Below, piece after piece: positions 50,878 to 61,466 of a DNA stretch of 64,000 nt. Source of the stretch: Spirochaetia bacterium (lineage in GTDB: Bacteria > Spirochaetota > Spirochaetia > DSM-2461); NCBI GenBank assembly GCA_963666985.2, contig CAXXIA010000002.1, positions 1,920,001 to 1,984,000 on the forward strand, read 5' to 3'. The stretch's first letter is position 1, and each line of letters starts with the position of its first letter. Below the pieces are notes generated by a model. It was not told where the DNA came from. It ran no database searches and saw only the letters and a program-made list of their open reading frames with translations. The position numbers and the translations under genes were made by a program.

Positions 50878-51996
50878 ATGTTGGTAAAAATCCGGGAATA
50901 CGGACATCGTGGGTTTCAGTACCTGAAAAAAAAATTACGTTTCCATGGCGAAGTGGGGCACAGTCTCTCATGGAAACCGGCCGCATTTATTATCGTTTCG
51001 GTGTGTTTGCCCCTTTCGCTCATGGGATTCCTGTCACTGCGGCAGATCAAGAGCATTGTAATCCAAGAACGATTCGAATCCATGGAATCCATACGCAATC
51101 AAGTCCTGGCCGATCTGCAATCTCTTCTCGAGGAATCCGCCGAAAGGGTATACAGGGACTTATTTTTAAGCGGCATACTTCTTACCTCATCGGAATGGAC
51201 GGACTACCTGGTCGGCCGGGAAAAAGGTATTCTTTCCGCCTACACGTTTAATTTCCAGTATGCACCGTTCCGGGGAGCGAATCCCGAGGGATTGCCCGGA
51301 GTTATCAGAGAAGATCTGCAAGAACGGGTATTCGCCGAAAACATAGAATTTCGAGAAATCGGAAATGACGACGGTACTTCCACATTGTGGGCTTTTGCCC
51401 TATTTCGTAATTCTGAAACCCGGTATTACGCCGTTTGGTCGTACGATTACGAATACATCAATGCTTTTCTTACCGACCGCTTGGAACACTACGGACAGTG
51501 GAGCCTTTTAAACAGCCGTTATCAAATATTGGGGGACAGTCGCAAGACACCCCAATGGTCGACGCGTTTGAATGAACAAACCCAAAGAATGCTGGACGGT
51601 TTTTTTGAAACGAAAATTTACGATGATCAAATTCACAGTTACGCCGCATTGGATCTCGGTGGTGAGTTTTTGTATTTGGACATCCAGATCCCGACGAACG
51701 TCGTCACGGCGGCTTCGAGAAACCTTCGGGCGAATCTCGTTTTTTTCGTCATTCTCTTCTTTATGCTGTCGGGTATTCTCAGCTGGACCGTCAAACGCAG
51801 TCTCATTCGTTGGGGAGAAGGGCTTATCATTCGTCGGGCTTTTTCCAAGGAAATGATTTTCTTCCCGAGGATGGAAGGGAATATCAGGAATCTTCAGGAA
51901 AAAATAAAATTCATTAAGGCCATGGACCAGCAGCTGGATTACGTCCTGAACGACTTGGAGGAGCTGAAGCGCAATATTCCGCCGGAGGATGCATGA
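50878..51996 (+). CDS. Hypothetical 2-TM protein with periplasmic sensor-like domain
   Basis: TM - ~250 aa - TM layout; stop overlaps the next start. Confidence 0.65.
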   Translation: MLVKIREYGHRGFQYLKKKLRFHGEVGHSLSWKPAAFIIVSVCLPLSLMGFLSLRQIKSIVIQERFESMESIRNQVLADLQSLLEESAERVYRDLFLSGILLTSSEWTDYLVGREKGILSAYTFNFQYAPFRGANPEGLPGVIREDLQERVFAENIEFREIGNDDGTSTLWAFALFRNSETRYYAVWSYDYEYINAFLTDRLEHYGQWSLLNSRYQILGDSRKTPQWSTRLNEQTQRMLDGFFETKIYDDQIHSYAALDLGGEFLYLDIQIPTNVVTAASRNLRANLVFFVILFFMLSGILSWTVKRSLIRWGEGLIIRRAFSKEMIFFPRMEGNIRNLQEKIKFIKAMDQQLDYVLNDLEELKRNIPPEDA

Positions 51997-54900
51997 TTTT
52001 CTTTCGAAGATCGCGTGTAAACAGATTCTTCTTCACTTACCGGTACGACCTTCTTGCCTTCCTTCTTATTCTGCTCATTATCGTCTGGTACTATTTTCCT
52101 CTTTGGGAGAAAGGGCTGATTATCTTCAGCGATTTGGACTTCCCTCTTGATTCTTCCCGCTATCTTGAAGAAATTTTCGACCTATGGAATCCCCGATGGA
52201 ATACCGGAACGATGCTGAATCTGCCGCGCCTTATTTACGTTCTGCCTTCTTGGTTATTATCCCAATTCTTCGAAAGCCGCGGTGATATATTTCAGAAAGC
52301 TCTGATATTTCAAATTCTCATTACCAGTGCCATATCGATGTATTTATTCACGAAACGGATCGTTTCGGTAACCCTCGGACGCGATTTCGACTTTTTTAAG
52401 ACACTTGCTTTAATCGGTGGTTCACTTTTTTACACGATCAATCCCTGGATCATCACCCGAATCCAGCACTTGTATCTGCTGTGCGGCTACAGCTTATTTC
52501 CGCTTCTTCTCCTGTTTTTTTTCAATGCCTTCGATCCGCGCTACGCCGCGCAATTAATCCCCGATTATTCGGTCTTTCATATCAGGCCCTACAAACGGAC
52601 CCTCTGGGACCTTGCGATGGGCGGCTTGGTACTCTCCGTTCTGTCCGCCGCCATTCACTATTTTTTCTTTGCCCTCCTTTTTCTGGGCGGATTCTCGGTT
52701 CTCATGCTTCTGAAAATTCTCTGGGACAACAAAGGGGCCGGTCGACGAAGAAAAAACGCCATAGTCTTTTCGCTCATACTTAAGGCCGCCATCCTTGGCG
52801 GATTCACTCTTATTTTTTCCTTCTATTGGTTCGGTCCCTACTTCGCAGGGATTCTGACCGGAGCCCAGGCCAGTCAGCACAATATCAACGTTGTCGATAC
52901 GCTGGTTCAATTCAGCCGGCACAGTCAGCTTTTCAATGTCCTGCTGCTGAACAGCTATTGGTGGCCGATGTTCGACTTGAGATCTCTTTCTTTGGGTTTT
53001 TATGTTTCCGGCGCGATTATGATTCTCTTAGTTTTCATGGGTGCACTCTCTTGGGGACCAAGAAACCGTTTGGTGATGTTCTTCGCCGTTCTCACGGCGG
53101 GGCTGCTCATCTTGGCTACCGGAACACGGTTCTCTCCGGTGGCGAAACTGTTTATTCCTCTGGTAATGAAGACACCGATTTTCGGCAACATCTTTCGAGA
53201 CCCCAACAAACTGCTGGGACTGGCGGCCGTCGGCTACAGCGTTCTGATTACCGCGGCTCTGGAATCTCTCTTCGCATCCCGGTGGCTTACCCGTGCCGGT
53301 GCCGATTTGTTTAAGGTGGCGGTTGTTTTCTTTTTCGCTTTCGCGCTCTGGGGCTACATCAGTCCGTATCATCGGGAGTATGTTTCCCGATTCTATGCGG
53401 CAACCGAACCTCCGGAGGAGTATAAACGGGTTCAGGAATCTTTCAGTTCCGAAGGAAAAGTGCTGCACTTCCCCCTCTCGGAGGAGATGCTGCAGAGTCC
53501 GTCCGGAGTCGCCACTCCTTATTGGAACCTACTCAAGGATCCTCCTCGGGAGAAAGCGACCGGTGATTTTGCCGTTTACAGTTCTCTTAAAAACAGTTTT
53601 TTTCACCATGAAGGGAATCCGCCTGAAATCGGGGGGTACTTTCGATTCCTCCACCGGCTGTGGGATGAAGGTCTTACCCTGCGGACGGGAGAATTGCTGA
53701 AACCCCTTGCCGTTAACGAAATGGCCTACCGTGACGAGTATCAAGGACACGAGGGACGCCAGGATTTTCACAAGGATCTTCTCTCCCGCCAGATTGACCT
53801 CCGTCTGACGGATGAAATCGGTGATTTCAGCGTGTATTCCGTGGAGAATCCCATGATGGGACTCCGTGAATTGGATAATGAAGTCTATACACCCTACGGT
53901 TTTTCCCAACTGGTTACCTATTCCAGCCTCCCGGACTTTTCTTTGTCGAAGAGCGGCGTGATGTTCACCGACCAAAAAACCGGCAGCGACATTCTGGGAC
54001 ACATCGATAAGGAGGATTCCGTCGACGCCCGGTATTTCGAGGACATTTGGCTGAACAATCTTTCTCCGGAATATTACCTTTTCCCCTCAAGGATGGTAGA
54101 CCGCGGCAACGTATTCCTTGGCTGGGCCCAGACAATGTCGCTGAGCAGTGATTGGAGTTGGCATTTGGGTTCTCAGGATCTAGGACGGATTGCCGATTCC
54201 ATGGATTTTCATCAAGGGATGGTCGCCACATATGCCAGCAGTACCATTCATGTCCCACTTTATCACTGGGCCGACCTTCAGGGAGATTTGGTGATGAACT
54301 TCAATTCCATGCTGAGGCAGAATCTTTTCTTTAAGGCCGATAATCCTCAGCTGTTCGTTGTACGGGCTAATCCCTTGAGCCGCAGCAATAAAATTCCCAC
54401 CCTGCACGGAGAAATCGTCAAAGGAACGCCTAAAGCGATTTGGCAAGTGGCGAAATCCGGCCTTATCGACGCACGAAGTGATAATCCTTACCAGTTTCGC
54501 GTAAGGCTGTCCGGTCGCGGAGCCCATAACCTCCACGTTAAAGTTCGATTTTACGACGTGGAACATAAGGAAATGGGCCTAACCTATGTCATGGCTCCGG
54601 GTGAGCTGGTGGATTTCGACGAGATAGATTTTTATGGTGAATATGTAACCCCGGGCGGTGCCCGGTGGATGCGTATCGATCTTCTTTCATATCAGCGGGA
54701 GGAACAGGCGGTTTATTGGTGGATTCACGACGTGGAAATCATGGATCTCGTGGACTACAAGGAGGACAACAGTTTTCAGGTGGAATGGAATCAATCCGCC
54801 TTACCCTACGCGACCGAGGCCGACGTATATATCAGGGCGTTCAGTTCCGTTAAAGGCGGTATTCTTGAAGTCGCTTCGGATTCTCAGACTTATTCCATCG

Positions 54901-56420
54901 ATACGAAAAATCAATATCCTCAAGGATTTCACTGGCATAAAGCGGGACGATTCATCCTTGAACCGGGGATGAATCCCATCAGGGTGATTAATCGGGCGGG
55001 ATTCAACGGAGTGAACGCCTTGGCTGTGATTCCGGCGGCGGACCGCGACGCAACCCGCATGCCCGCTTTTTCCGCTTTGGCTCGGGCCCGTCTTTTCACG
55101 GTTTTTGAAGCCGAAAGCGATTTCTTTCAGGACGGACATCTTCAAACCACGAGATGTTATCCGGTGGCGAGTATGGGAGCGGTTGTGCGGGAAAGAGAAG
55201 GAATTCTTCGCCGTACCGTCGACATTCATCGTTCCGGATATTACCGTTTGACCTTTCAAGGCGGAGGTATTCCGGAAGCTTCGGGTTTGGAAGTAATGCT
55301 TAAGAATGAAGAGGGAACTGCTGTTTTGAGCCGGCAAATTCTCTGGGAGGAGACACACACCCTCACCGAACCGGCGGACGTTATCGCGTGGGAGCCCTCC
55401 AAACCGGAACTTCCCTATACCCGAAGCCGTTTTCCGATGAATAACGCTCTCCGGAACTATCAGCAGCTGTCGATATCGGATATTCCTCTCGCCCGCGGAC
55501 GCTACACCTTGGAACTCCGTTTGGAAACCCAAGGCCTCTCGCTTATCACTCCAGGTGATCTTCGATATTTCGATCCCTCCACCGTGCTTATTCCCGATTA
55601 TCAGGTTCCCGCGAGTATGGAAGACTGTTCAACATGTGAACGGATTCGACCGGACATGATGCGATTTCAATGGGAAGATAATGATCGCTCTCTTCGCCGC
55701 ATTATCATGGACTCCACCTGTTCCTGCGATTGGTATGTCGCTTCGTCGCAGAAAATTCCCGTAACACCGCTGCATGAATATCTCATACGGTTCGACGCGG
55801 TCTCCCGGGGAATACTGAAGCGCCACGGAAAAGTATTTTTTCTCGATGCCGACGGAATGATTATCAAGACCGAATACATCCGTGAAGTGGAAGAGGACAA
55901 AAAGGTCGAATGGAATCATTACGAACATCTGGCGACGGCTCCTTCGGACGCCGCGGCGATGCTGCTCCAATTTTGGGCCCGGGGAAACAAGCTGACCGAT
56001 GGCTGGCTGGATCTCCGCGGTTTGGATGTTTTTCCCTGGAACGATTTGTCCTATCTGGATTGGGTCTTCCTCCGGGAAGAGGCTCGTGCGCCGTTTACCG
56101 GCGAGAAGAGAAAGGAGCCGGACCGGGAGATTCTCGTTAATACGGAATATCCTCTCCTTCCGATGTGGCATTGGCGGGACGGACAGGGAAGTCGGCAGGG
56201 AGAGTACGCCGTCAACGGACTGACTCTCGGTTTTTTCACCAAGGAAGGAATAACCGAGGACTCCACACTTTTCATACCTCTTTCCAAAATCTATCGATTT
56301 GGATTGGCTCTTTTTATCTTGGGGATTCTCGGGTTGGTTCTCTTTGGAATGACGCCATTCCTGAAACGAACAAAACCGTTCCGCGCGGTTCGGGAACGGT
56401 TTGTTCGTCATTTGAAATAA
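51993..56420 (+). CDS. Large membrane protein, GT-C/AftD-like N-terminus plus carbohydrate-binding-like domains
   Basis: About 12 TM with DLDFP and FRDPNK; two CBM-like beta segments; C-terminal TM. Confidence 0.6.
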   Translation: MIFFRRSRVNRFFFTYRYDLLAFLLILLIIVWYYFPLWEKGLIIFSDLDFPLDSSRYLEEIFDLWNPRWNTGTMLNLPRLIYVLPSWLLSQFFESRGDIFQKALIFQILITSAISMYLFTKRIVSVTLGRDFDFFKTLALIGGSLFYTINPWIITRIQHLYLLCGYSLFPLLLLFFFNAFDPRYAAQLIPDYSVFHIRPYKRTLWDLAMGGLVLSVLSAAIHYFFFALLFLGGFSVLMLLKILWDNKGAGRRRKNAIVFSLILKAAILGGFTLIFSFYWFGPYFAGILTGAQASQHNINVVDTLVQFSRHSQLFNVLLLNSYWWPMFDLRSLSLGFYVSGAIMILLVFMGALSWGPRNRLVMFFAVLTAGLLILATGTRFSPVAKLFIPLVMKTPIFGNIFRDPNKLLGLAAVGYSVLITAALESLFASRWLTRAGADLFKVAVVFFFAFALWGYISPYHREYVSRFYAATEPPEEYKRVQESFSSEGKVLHFPLSEEMLQSPSGVATPYWNLLKDPPREKATGDFAVYSSLKNSFFHHEGNPPEIGGYFRFLHRLWDEGLTLRTGELLKPLAVNEMAYRDEYQGHEGRQDFHKDLLSRQIDLRLTDEIGDFSVYSVENPMMGLRELDNEVYTPYGFSQLVTYSSLPDFSLSKSGVMFTDQKTGSDILGHIDKEDSVDARYFEDIWLNNLSPEYYLFPSRMVDRGNVFLGWAQTMSLSSDWSWHLGSQDLGRIADSMDFHQGMVATYASSTIHVPLYHWADLQGDLVMNFNSMLRQNLFFKADNPQLFVVRANPLSRSNKIPTLHGEIVKGTPKAIWQVAKSGLIDARSDNPYQFRVRLSGRGAHNLHVKVRFYDVEHKEMGLTYVMAPGELVDFDEIDFYGEYVTPGGARWMRIDLLSYQREEQAVYWWIHDVEIMDLVDYKEDNSFQVEWNQSALPYATEADVYIRAFSSVKGGILEVASDSQTYSIDTKNQYPQGFHWHKAGRFILEPGMNPIRVINRAGFNGVNALAVIPAADRDATRMPAFSALARARLFTVFEAESDFFQDGHLQTTRCYPVASMGAVVREREGILRRTVDIHRSGYYRLTFQGGGIPEASGLEVMLKNEEGTAVLSRQILWEETHTLTEPADVIAWEPSKPELPYTRSRFPMNNALRNYQQLSISDIPLARGRYTLELRLETQGLSLITPGDLRYFDPSTVLIPDYQVPASMEDCSTCERIRPDMMRFQWEDNDRSLRRIIMDSTCSCDWYVASSQKIPVTPLHEYLIRFDAVSRGILKRHGKVFFLDADGMIIKTEYIREVEEDKKVEWNHYEHLATAPSDAAAMLLQFWARGNKLTDGWLDLRGLDVFPWNDLSYLDWVFLREEARAPFTGEKRKEPDREILVNTEYPLLPMWHWRDGQGSRQGEYAVNGLTLGFFTKEGITEDSTLFIPLSKIYRFGLALFILGILGLVLFGMTPFLKRTKPFRAVRERFVRHLK

Positions 56421-56423
56421 TCG

Positions 56424-58349
56424 TTAGTAGAACAACAGGCCGGTGTTACGGTATCCGGGCTTATCCACATACCAATCTTCGTAAGTTACACCTCGGCTCT
56501 CCACCCAGTCGGTGAAGTGGTTATAGACGTTGGCGATGTGGACATCGTCCTGGGGATACCGGAAGCTCACGGGTAAATGAATAGCCCAAGGCTGTTCGTC
56601 GACTGTCTTGTACATATAGTCCGTACCCAGAATGCTGTAATCATCAAAGGAACCGAAATACTCGAAATGCGCCAGGTCCGTCTGTGGTTTACCGGGCAGA
56701 TGTACCTCCCGTCCCCGTTCTCCATTACTCATAATAAAAGGATTGTAGGGAGCGAACCCTAATTCTTCCCGGGTAACGCCGTGGGAGAGACGTACGGTTA
56801 TCACCAAATATTCAATATTTTGGGGTGAATAATTTGCATTGGCATCTTCAAAAACCGGAATCACCGCATAGTCCTGGCGCTCTTCAACCCCGTTGGCGGC
56901 CAGCTTCATATAACCGACGGTGTCGCTGTATCCGGTGACGGACGCGACGGCGGAAGGATCTATCCCCAGTTCCACGGCAAAACCGTTTCGCATGCTGGCC
57001 ACGATGCCCTTAACGGCGAAGGTTCCTTTTAAGGCGATGATTTCACCATCGGCGTTGAACGATTCCTCCCAGTTGTAATCGATAACCAAGTCGTTGAAAT
57101 CATAGTCCCCCATGTATGGCCATAAATCTTCGTAGGCCAGGGTTCCGAATTCGCCTTTCGCCGGTGAGTAACTGATGGAATGAACAGCGTCTGATGTCGC
57201 CGCAAGAATCACCGATTCGTTTATGCTCGTTGTACCGCCGGGAGAGGACGTTGCGGCGGTGTCGTTTTTCGAGACCAACTGTGAATTATCAATAGCCGTT
57301 ATCGGGTTGGACGTTACGGAGAATACGGCGTCGTTGAAATCGTTGTCGCCTCCGGGGCGCCTAAGATCTTCAAAGGAGAGAACCACGCGTTCTTCGAAAT
57401 CGATTTGAACGACATGCTGGCGATATCCGGCGGAATCGGGATTGAAGTCCGAATAGGAATAGAACCGGTTGTTGCCGTTGGTTACGTCTTTGATGGTCGT
57501 GGAATACCCGTTGGCGATAAGAACCCAGCCTATGCTGGTGCCCGCCGGGAATCGGCCGATATGCACCTTATCACCGGAGATCAATCCACCTCCGGAACCG
57601 CTGTAGGAAACATTGGGGAAGATGATCGTCAAATCCCCGTCGGCCAAAGAGCCGGGGATGCCCTGTTCCGTCGGATAGGTGTAGTAAGCCAGAGTGTTGC
57701 GGTATCCCGCACCCTCATGAATGAATGTTACCCAGACTTCCGCTTCTTCCAGAAGATGTACCTCCGTTTCCTTGCCGTTGAGGTATTGCGGCCGGTAATC
57801 GGGTACGGGCTGGTACTCCGGGAGGGCGGCATTCAATTCACTGAGGAACGTTGTGCTCAGAACATCCCGACCGTCCAGATAATTGGGAACACCGGAACTG
57901 TTCCAGGAACCGAGTGTCTGGAAATCGGTGGAAGTACTATAGGCACTATTAGAAGCCGCGAGAGGGATTTGGGAACTTTCAGAAGCCGCGGCCGAGTAAT
58001 CGTGGAAAAAACGATTATTATTTTCCGTAAGTACAACGAAAGACGGAAGTCCTATGACCGCTGTCCGCAATTCAACTTCCGTAATATACGAGGCAAGATT
58101 GAGTTGACCTTCAAAGGCTCCTTCCTCATTGAAAAAACCTTGAAGAACCAGTGAGTCTTCCGAATAGATTTGGAATCCCGCCAGAGCCAAACCGCCTTTG
58201 ATGATCAGAGATGTCTGATCGGTGGTTTCATAATTAAAAGCGGTGTTGGTACTTTTGGAAGCCGCCGATCCGTCGTTGAAGGGATTCGTGCAGGCATTGC
58301 CCAGAATGATGATTCCAACCGTAATAATAACGATGATTATTTTGTTCAT
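56424..58349 (-). CDS. LruC-domain (DUF4842) / DUF4114 lipoprotein
   Basis: LGNA-C lipobox; FIHEGAGY, FEDL..DNDFND, AYEDLWP..GDYDFNDLV, GREVHLP. Confidence 0.85.
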   Translation of the reverse strand: MNKIIIVIITVGIIILGNACTNPFNDGSAASKSTNTAFNYETTDQTSLIIKGGLALAGFQIYSEDSLVLQGFFNEEGAFEGQLNLASYITEVELRTAVIGLPSFVVLTENNNRFFHDYSAAASESSQIPLAASNSAYSTSTDFQTLGSWNSSGVPNYLDGRDVLSTTFLSELNAALPEYQPVPDYRPQYLNGKETEVHLLEEAEVWVTFIHEGAGYRNTLAYYTYPTEQGIPGSLADGDLTIIFPNVSYSGSGGGLISGDKVHIGRFPAGTSIGWVLIANGYSTTIKDVTNGNNRFYSYSDFNPDSAGYRQHVVQIDFEERVVLSFEDLRRPGGDNDFNDAVFSVTSNPITAIDNSQLVSKNDTAATSSPGGTTSINESVILAATSDAVHSISYSPAKGEFGTLAYEDLWPYMGDYDFNDLVIDYNWEESFNADGEIIALKGTFAVKGIVASMRNGFAVELGIDPSAVASVTGYSDTVGYMKLAANGVEERQDYAVIPVFEDANANYSPQNIEYLVITVRLSHGVTREELGFAPYNPFIMSNGERGREVHLPGKPQTDLAHFEYFGSFDDYSILGTDYMYKTVDEQPWAIHLPVSFRYPQDDVHIANVYNHFTDWVESRGVTYEDWYVDKPGYRNTGLLFY

Positions 58350-58499
58350 ATAGTGTTTCTCCGATCCTGCAAATAAGATGTATCTGGAGAAAAGCAACTA
58401 TCGTGCCAGATGGCTCCGCGGCATTCAGAGGCGTCCGGCAGTCTCCGCCGGCTATAAGTTGGGTTTATCTGTATACAGTGTGAAGTTTATTTCACACCT

Positions 58500-59666
58500 T
58501 CATTTCATATGGAGCTGGATCAGGGTAACTTCATCTTCCCGAGGGACCAAATCTCGACTTGCAAATGCTTGATCGATGGTTTTGACCAAATCTTCCATCG
58601 TTCCATTTGCCGCCAAGTGATTTTTAATGATAAGCCGAAGATCCTGCTCGGTAAAATCATCTTCCAACTGTCCGACAGGATATATTCCGTCGGTGGTAAT
58701 AATGACTTGTTCACCAGTGTGAAGCGTTATTTCTCCATCCGACCATCGATGCTCCGGCTCCACGCCCAGCGGGAGGGCCTTTTGCCCGATAAGGAACAGC
58801 TGCCCGTTGGCGTAATGAATAAAGGGTGGCTGTCCCGCTTGAGCCACCTGAACGGTTCTTTCACCGGTGTGACAGAAAAGAACGGTAAGGGAAACGAATG
58901 ATTCTTCCGGCAGAAATCCCGGTCGACACAAGCGTTCATTAAGAATCCTCAGAACGTCGGAGGGATGAGAGAACTCCCCGAGCTGAGGTATCAGTTCGAC
59001 ATGAATCAATCCTTTCAGCAGCAACGCGGTGAGTGCGGAGGTAAGACCGGTACCGGCGACGTCGCCGAGAAGAACGGCGAACCTATGTTCGTCAATAGTG
59101 TGAATATCCCAATAATCACCGCCGAAAGGATAATCCGGACCTTGACTATGATATAAATCGAGCGAAACACCGCGAATCTCCGGGATTTCCTTGCTTCGAT
59201 AGATTTTCTGATAACGCAGGGCCCTTTCCCATTCCGCCTTTTGAAGTTTTTCCAGCCGGCGGCTGTTACGACGGTGGCGAAACAGTTCCAGACCGCGCTC
59301 GATTTGTATGAGAAGATTCTGCTTTTCCCAGGGTTTTTCCAAGAATCCGAATAGATTATAAGTGAGAAAATCCGGAATATCCGCGGTTGAAACGTACCCG
59401 GAAAGAACGATGGCAACCACATCCGGATGATTTTCGCTGATGTTTTTGAGCAATTCTCCGCCTTTAGTTCCCGGCATATTGAGGTCGGTAATCAGAACCG
59501 CGATTTCTTCTTTTTTCAGGATTTCCAACGCCTGAGAGACAACCAAGGCAATTTCTATCTTATGATTTCCTTCGGCCGCCCATGTCCGTAGATCGCGCTT
59601 CAAAGCCGTTAAAATTGCCGGTTCGTCATCAACAAGCAGAATCGTTTCGCCGCCTTTAGTTTTCAT
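58500..59666 (-). CDS. Response regulator with PP2C/SpoIIE (RsbU-like) phosphatase
   Basis: LLVDDE, TDLNMP, KPW; GGDYW, GDVAG, TDGI, DEVTL. Confidence 0.88.
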   Translation of the reverse strand: MKTKGGETILLVDDEPAILTALKRDLRTWAAEGNHKIEIALVVSQALEILKKEEIAVLITDLNMPGTKGGELLKNISENHPDVVAIVLSGYVSTADIPDFLTYNLFGFLEKPWEKQNLLIQIERGLELFRHRRNSRRLEKLQKAEWERALRYQKIYRSKEIPEIRGVSLDLYHSQGPDYPFGGDYWDIHTIDEHRFAVLLGDVAGTGLTSALTALLLKGLIHVELIPQLGEFSHPSDVLRILNERLCRPGFLPEESFVSLTVLFCHTGERTVQVAQAGQPPFIHYANGQLFLIGQKALPLGVEPEHRWSDGEITLHTGEQVIITTDGIYPVGQLEDDFTEQDLRLIIKNHLAANGTMEDLVKTIDQAFASRDLVPREDEVTLIQLHMK

Positions 59667-59676
59667 ATAATCTCCT

Positions 59677-61074
59677 CTATGCCCCTAACGGAAGAACCAC
59701 ACGGAATAAACTTCCCTTACCAAGGGTACTTTCCAATTCAATCTTTCCATGATGACGCTCCACAATGCCGTGGGAAATCGCCAACCCCAGTCCTGTTCCC
59801 TTATCGCCTTCTTTTGTCGTAAAAAAGGGCTCAAAAATTCGTTCCCGAACATCCTGGGGAATCCCTGCGCCGTCATCCTCAACTTCCAGGATTACCGCCG
59901 GAGGGTTTTGCCGAAGTCCGGTTCTGATTACGATGCGTCCCCGATCGGCGACAGCGTCGGCGGCGTTCAGGAGCAGATTTATCACCACTTGCTCCAGTTG
60001 ACCGGGATTCCCGAGAATCGGCGGCGTCTCCGAGAAAATCTTTTCTACGGTGCAGTGGTATTTAAGTTTGTTCCAAACCACCTGCAGGGAATCTTCGGCC
60101 ACGTCCGTTAAGGACACGGAAACGAAGCCCTCGTTTTCCTCACGAGCGAAAGTTTGGAGTCCTTTGACGATTTTACTGATTCTCCTGACTCCGGTTTCCG
60201 AATCCCGAAGAAGCGAGCGTATGTCTTCCTTGATAAATTCGAATTCTTCATCGGATTTGAGACGGATTATTTCCCGTCGGATGGTTTCCCTCGTTTTTTC
60301 CTCGGAACTGTTTTCCCATTGTGCATAGAGATCTAAAATTCGCGTGAAGGCCGTCACATACTCCGAGAGAGTTTGTGTGTTGCTCAGCAGGAAGCCCGTC
60401 GGATTATTGATTTCATGCGCTACACCGGCCGCCAGCCTGCCGATGGAGGCCATTTTAACCTGGTGGATCATTTGATTCTGGGCCTGTTCCAATTTGGTTA
60501 GGGATTCTTCAAGCTCCTTAGTGCGTTCGGCGACCCGACGCTCCAGTAGACGTGAATAGTCCTTAAGCTGACGATCCTTCAATTCGGCCGAATAAGCGTT
60601 GGCGATGATGCCGGATATGGTCTTCAGAAGTTCCAGATCTTTCTCTCGCCAGTGGCGAATCATGCAGTTCTCGTCAAAACCGATGAATCCCTTAATAACC
60701 CGTTCCATTTTCAAAGGATATACGAGCAGGGACTTAATCCCCTGGGGTTCGAGAATTGCCCGAAGATCGGGCGGGAGCAGCGTAATATCCTCGGAAAAAA
60801 CACGGCCGTCCTGTTCCAGCAAAGATTTCCAAGACGGAATCAATTCATACGGAATGCCCTGCAATTCTTCCTTTTGGGGCGGGATGCCGTTGTTACACCA
60901 TTCGAAAGCATTACTGGTGGTCAGTCCCTCATCATCGTCCACAAAGATATACACGCGGCTGACATTCAGGTGACGGCCGATTGTGTCCAAAACAGAATCA
61001 ATTCGGATGTTGAAGTTCTGCTGCTGGTTAATCAGGTTTAAAGCGATTTCCGAGAGCACCCGCAGATCTTTCAT
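59677..61074 (-). CDS. GAF-domain histidine kinase (NtrB-like)
   Basis: AHEINNP, NLLLNA, DDGAG, FEPFFTTK..GTGLGL. Confidence 0.92.
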   Translation of the reverse strand: MKDLRVLSEIALNLINQQQNFNIRIDSVLDTIGRHLNVSRVYIFVDDDEGLTTSNAFEWCNNGIPPQKEELQGIPYELIPSWKSLLEQDGRVFSEDITLLPPDLRAILEPQGIKSLLVYPLKMERVIKGFIGFDENCMIRHWREKDLELLKTISGIIANAYSAELKDRQLKDYSRLLERRVAERTKELEESLTKLEQAQNQMIHQVKMASIGRLAAGVAHEINNPTGFLLSNTQTLSEYVTAFTRILDLYAQWENSSEEKTRETIRREIIRLKSDEEFEFIKEDIRSLLRDSETGVRRISKIVKGLQTFAREENEGFVSVSLTDVAEDSLQVVWNKLKYHCTVEKIFSETPPILGNPGQLEQVVINLLLNAADAVADRGRIVIRTGLRQNPPAVILEVEDDGAGIPQDVRERIFEPFFTTKEGDKGTGLGLAISHGIVERHHGKIELESTLGKGSLFRVVLPLGA

Positions 61075-61466
61075 GAGATATTTTCTCCGTACTTGGCCGC
61101 GGCTTCCATCAGAATGCCGATCAAATGATCCTTCTCCCAAGGTTTGGGAATAAATCGAAAGATTTCAGCCTCGTTGATGGCTCCCACAAGGATGTCCATA
61201 TCGGTGAATCCCGAAATCATAATCCGAACGACCGACGGCCAGCGGTTCTTGATTTCCGTAAGAAGGCTGACTCCGTCGCGTTCGGGCATTTTGTGGTCCG
61301 ACATTACGATCATCGGCTGCGATGATTCCAATAGGGCGATGGCTTCGGCTGCGTTGGGTGCCGATTCAACGACGAACGGTTCTTTGCGCAGCTGGCGTTT
61401 GAGGGAGGCGAGCACCGCGGCATCGTCATCCACCAGCAGCAGGGTATAAGGTTCGGAAACATTCAT
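61071..61466 (-). CDS. Single-domain response regulator
   Basis: LLVDDD, SDHKMP, KPW. Confidence 0.9.
   Translation of the reverse strand: MNVSEPYTLLLVDDDAAVLASLKRQLRKEPFVVESAPNAAEAIALLESSQPMIVMSDHKMPERDGVSLLTEIKNRWPSVVRIMISGFTDMDILVGAINEAEIFRFIPKPWEKDHLIGILMEAAAKYGENIS

Noticed and set aside
50778..51251. Alternative overlapping ORF or frameshifted start for the 50878 gene
   Set aside because: RBS spacing is poor and the product has no recognisable features.
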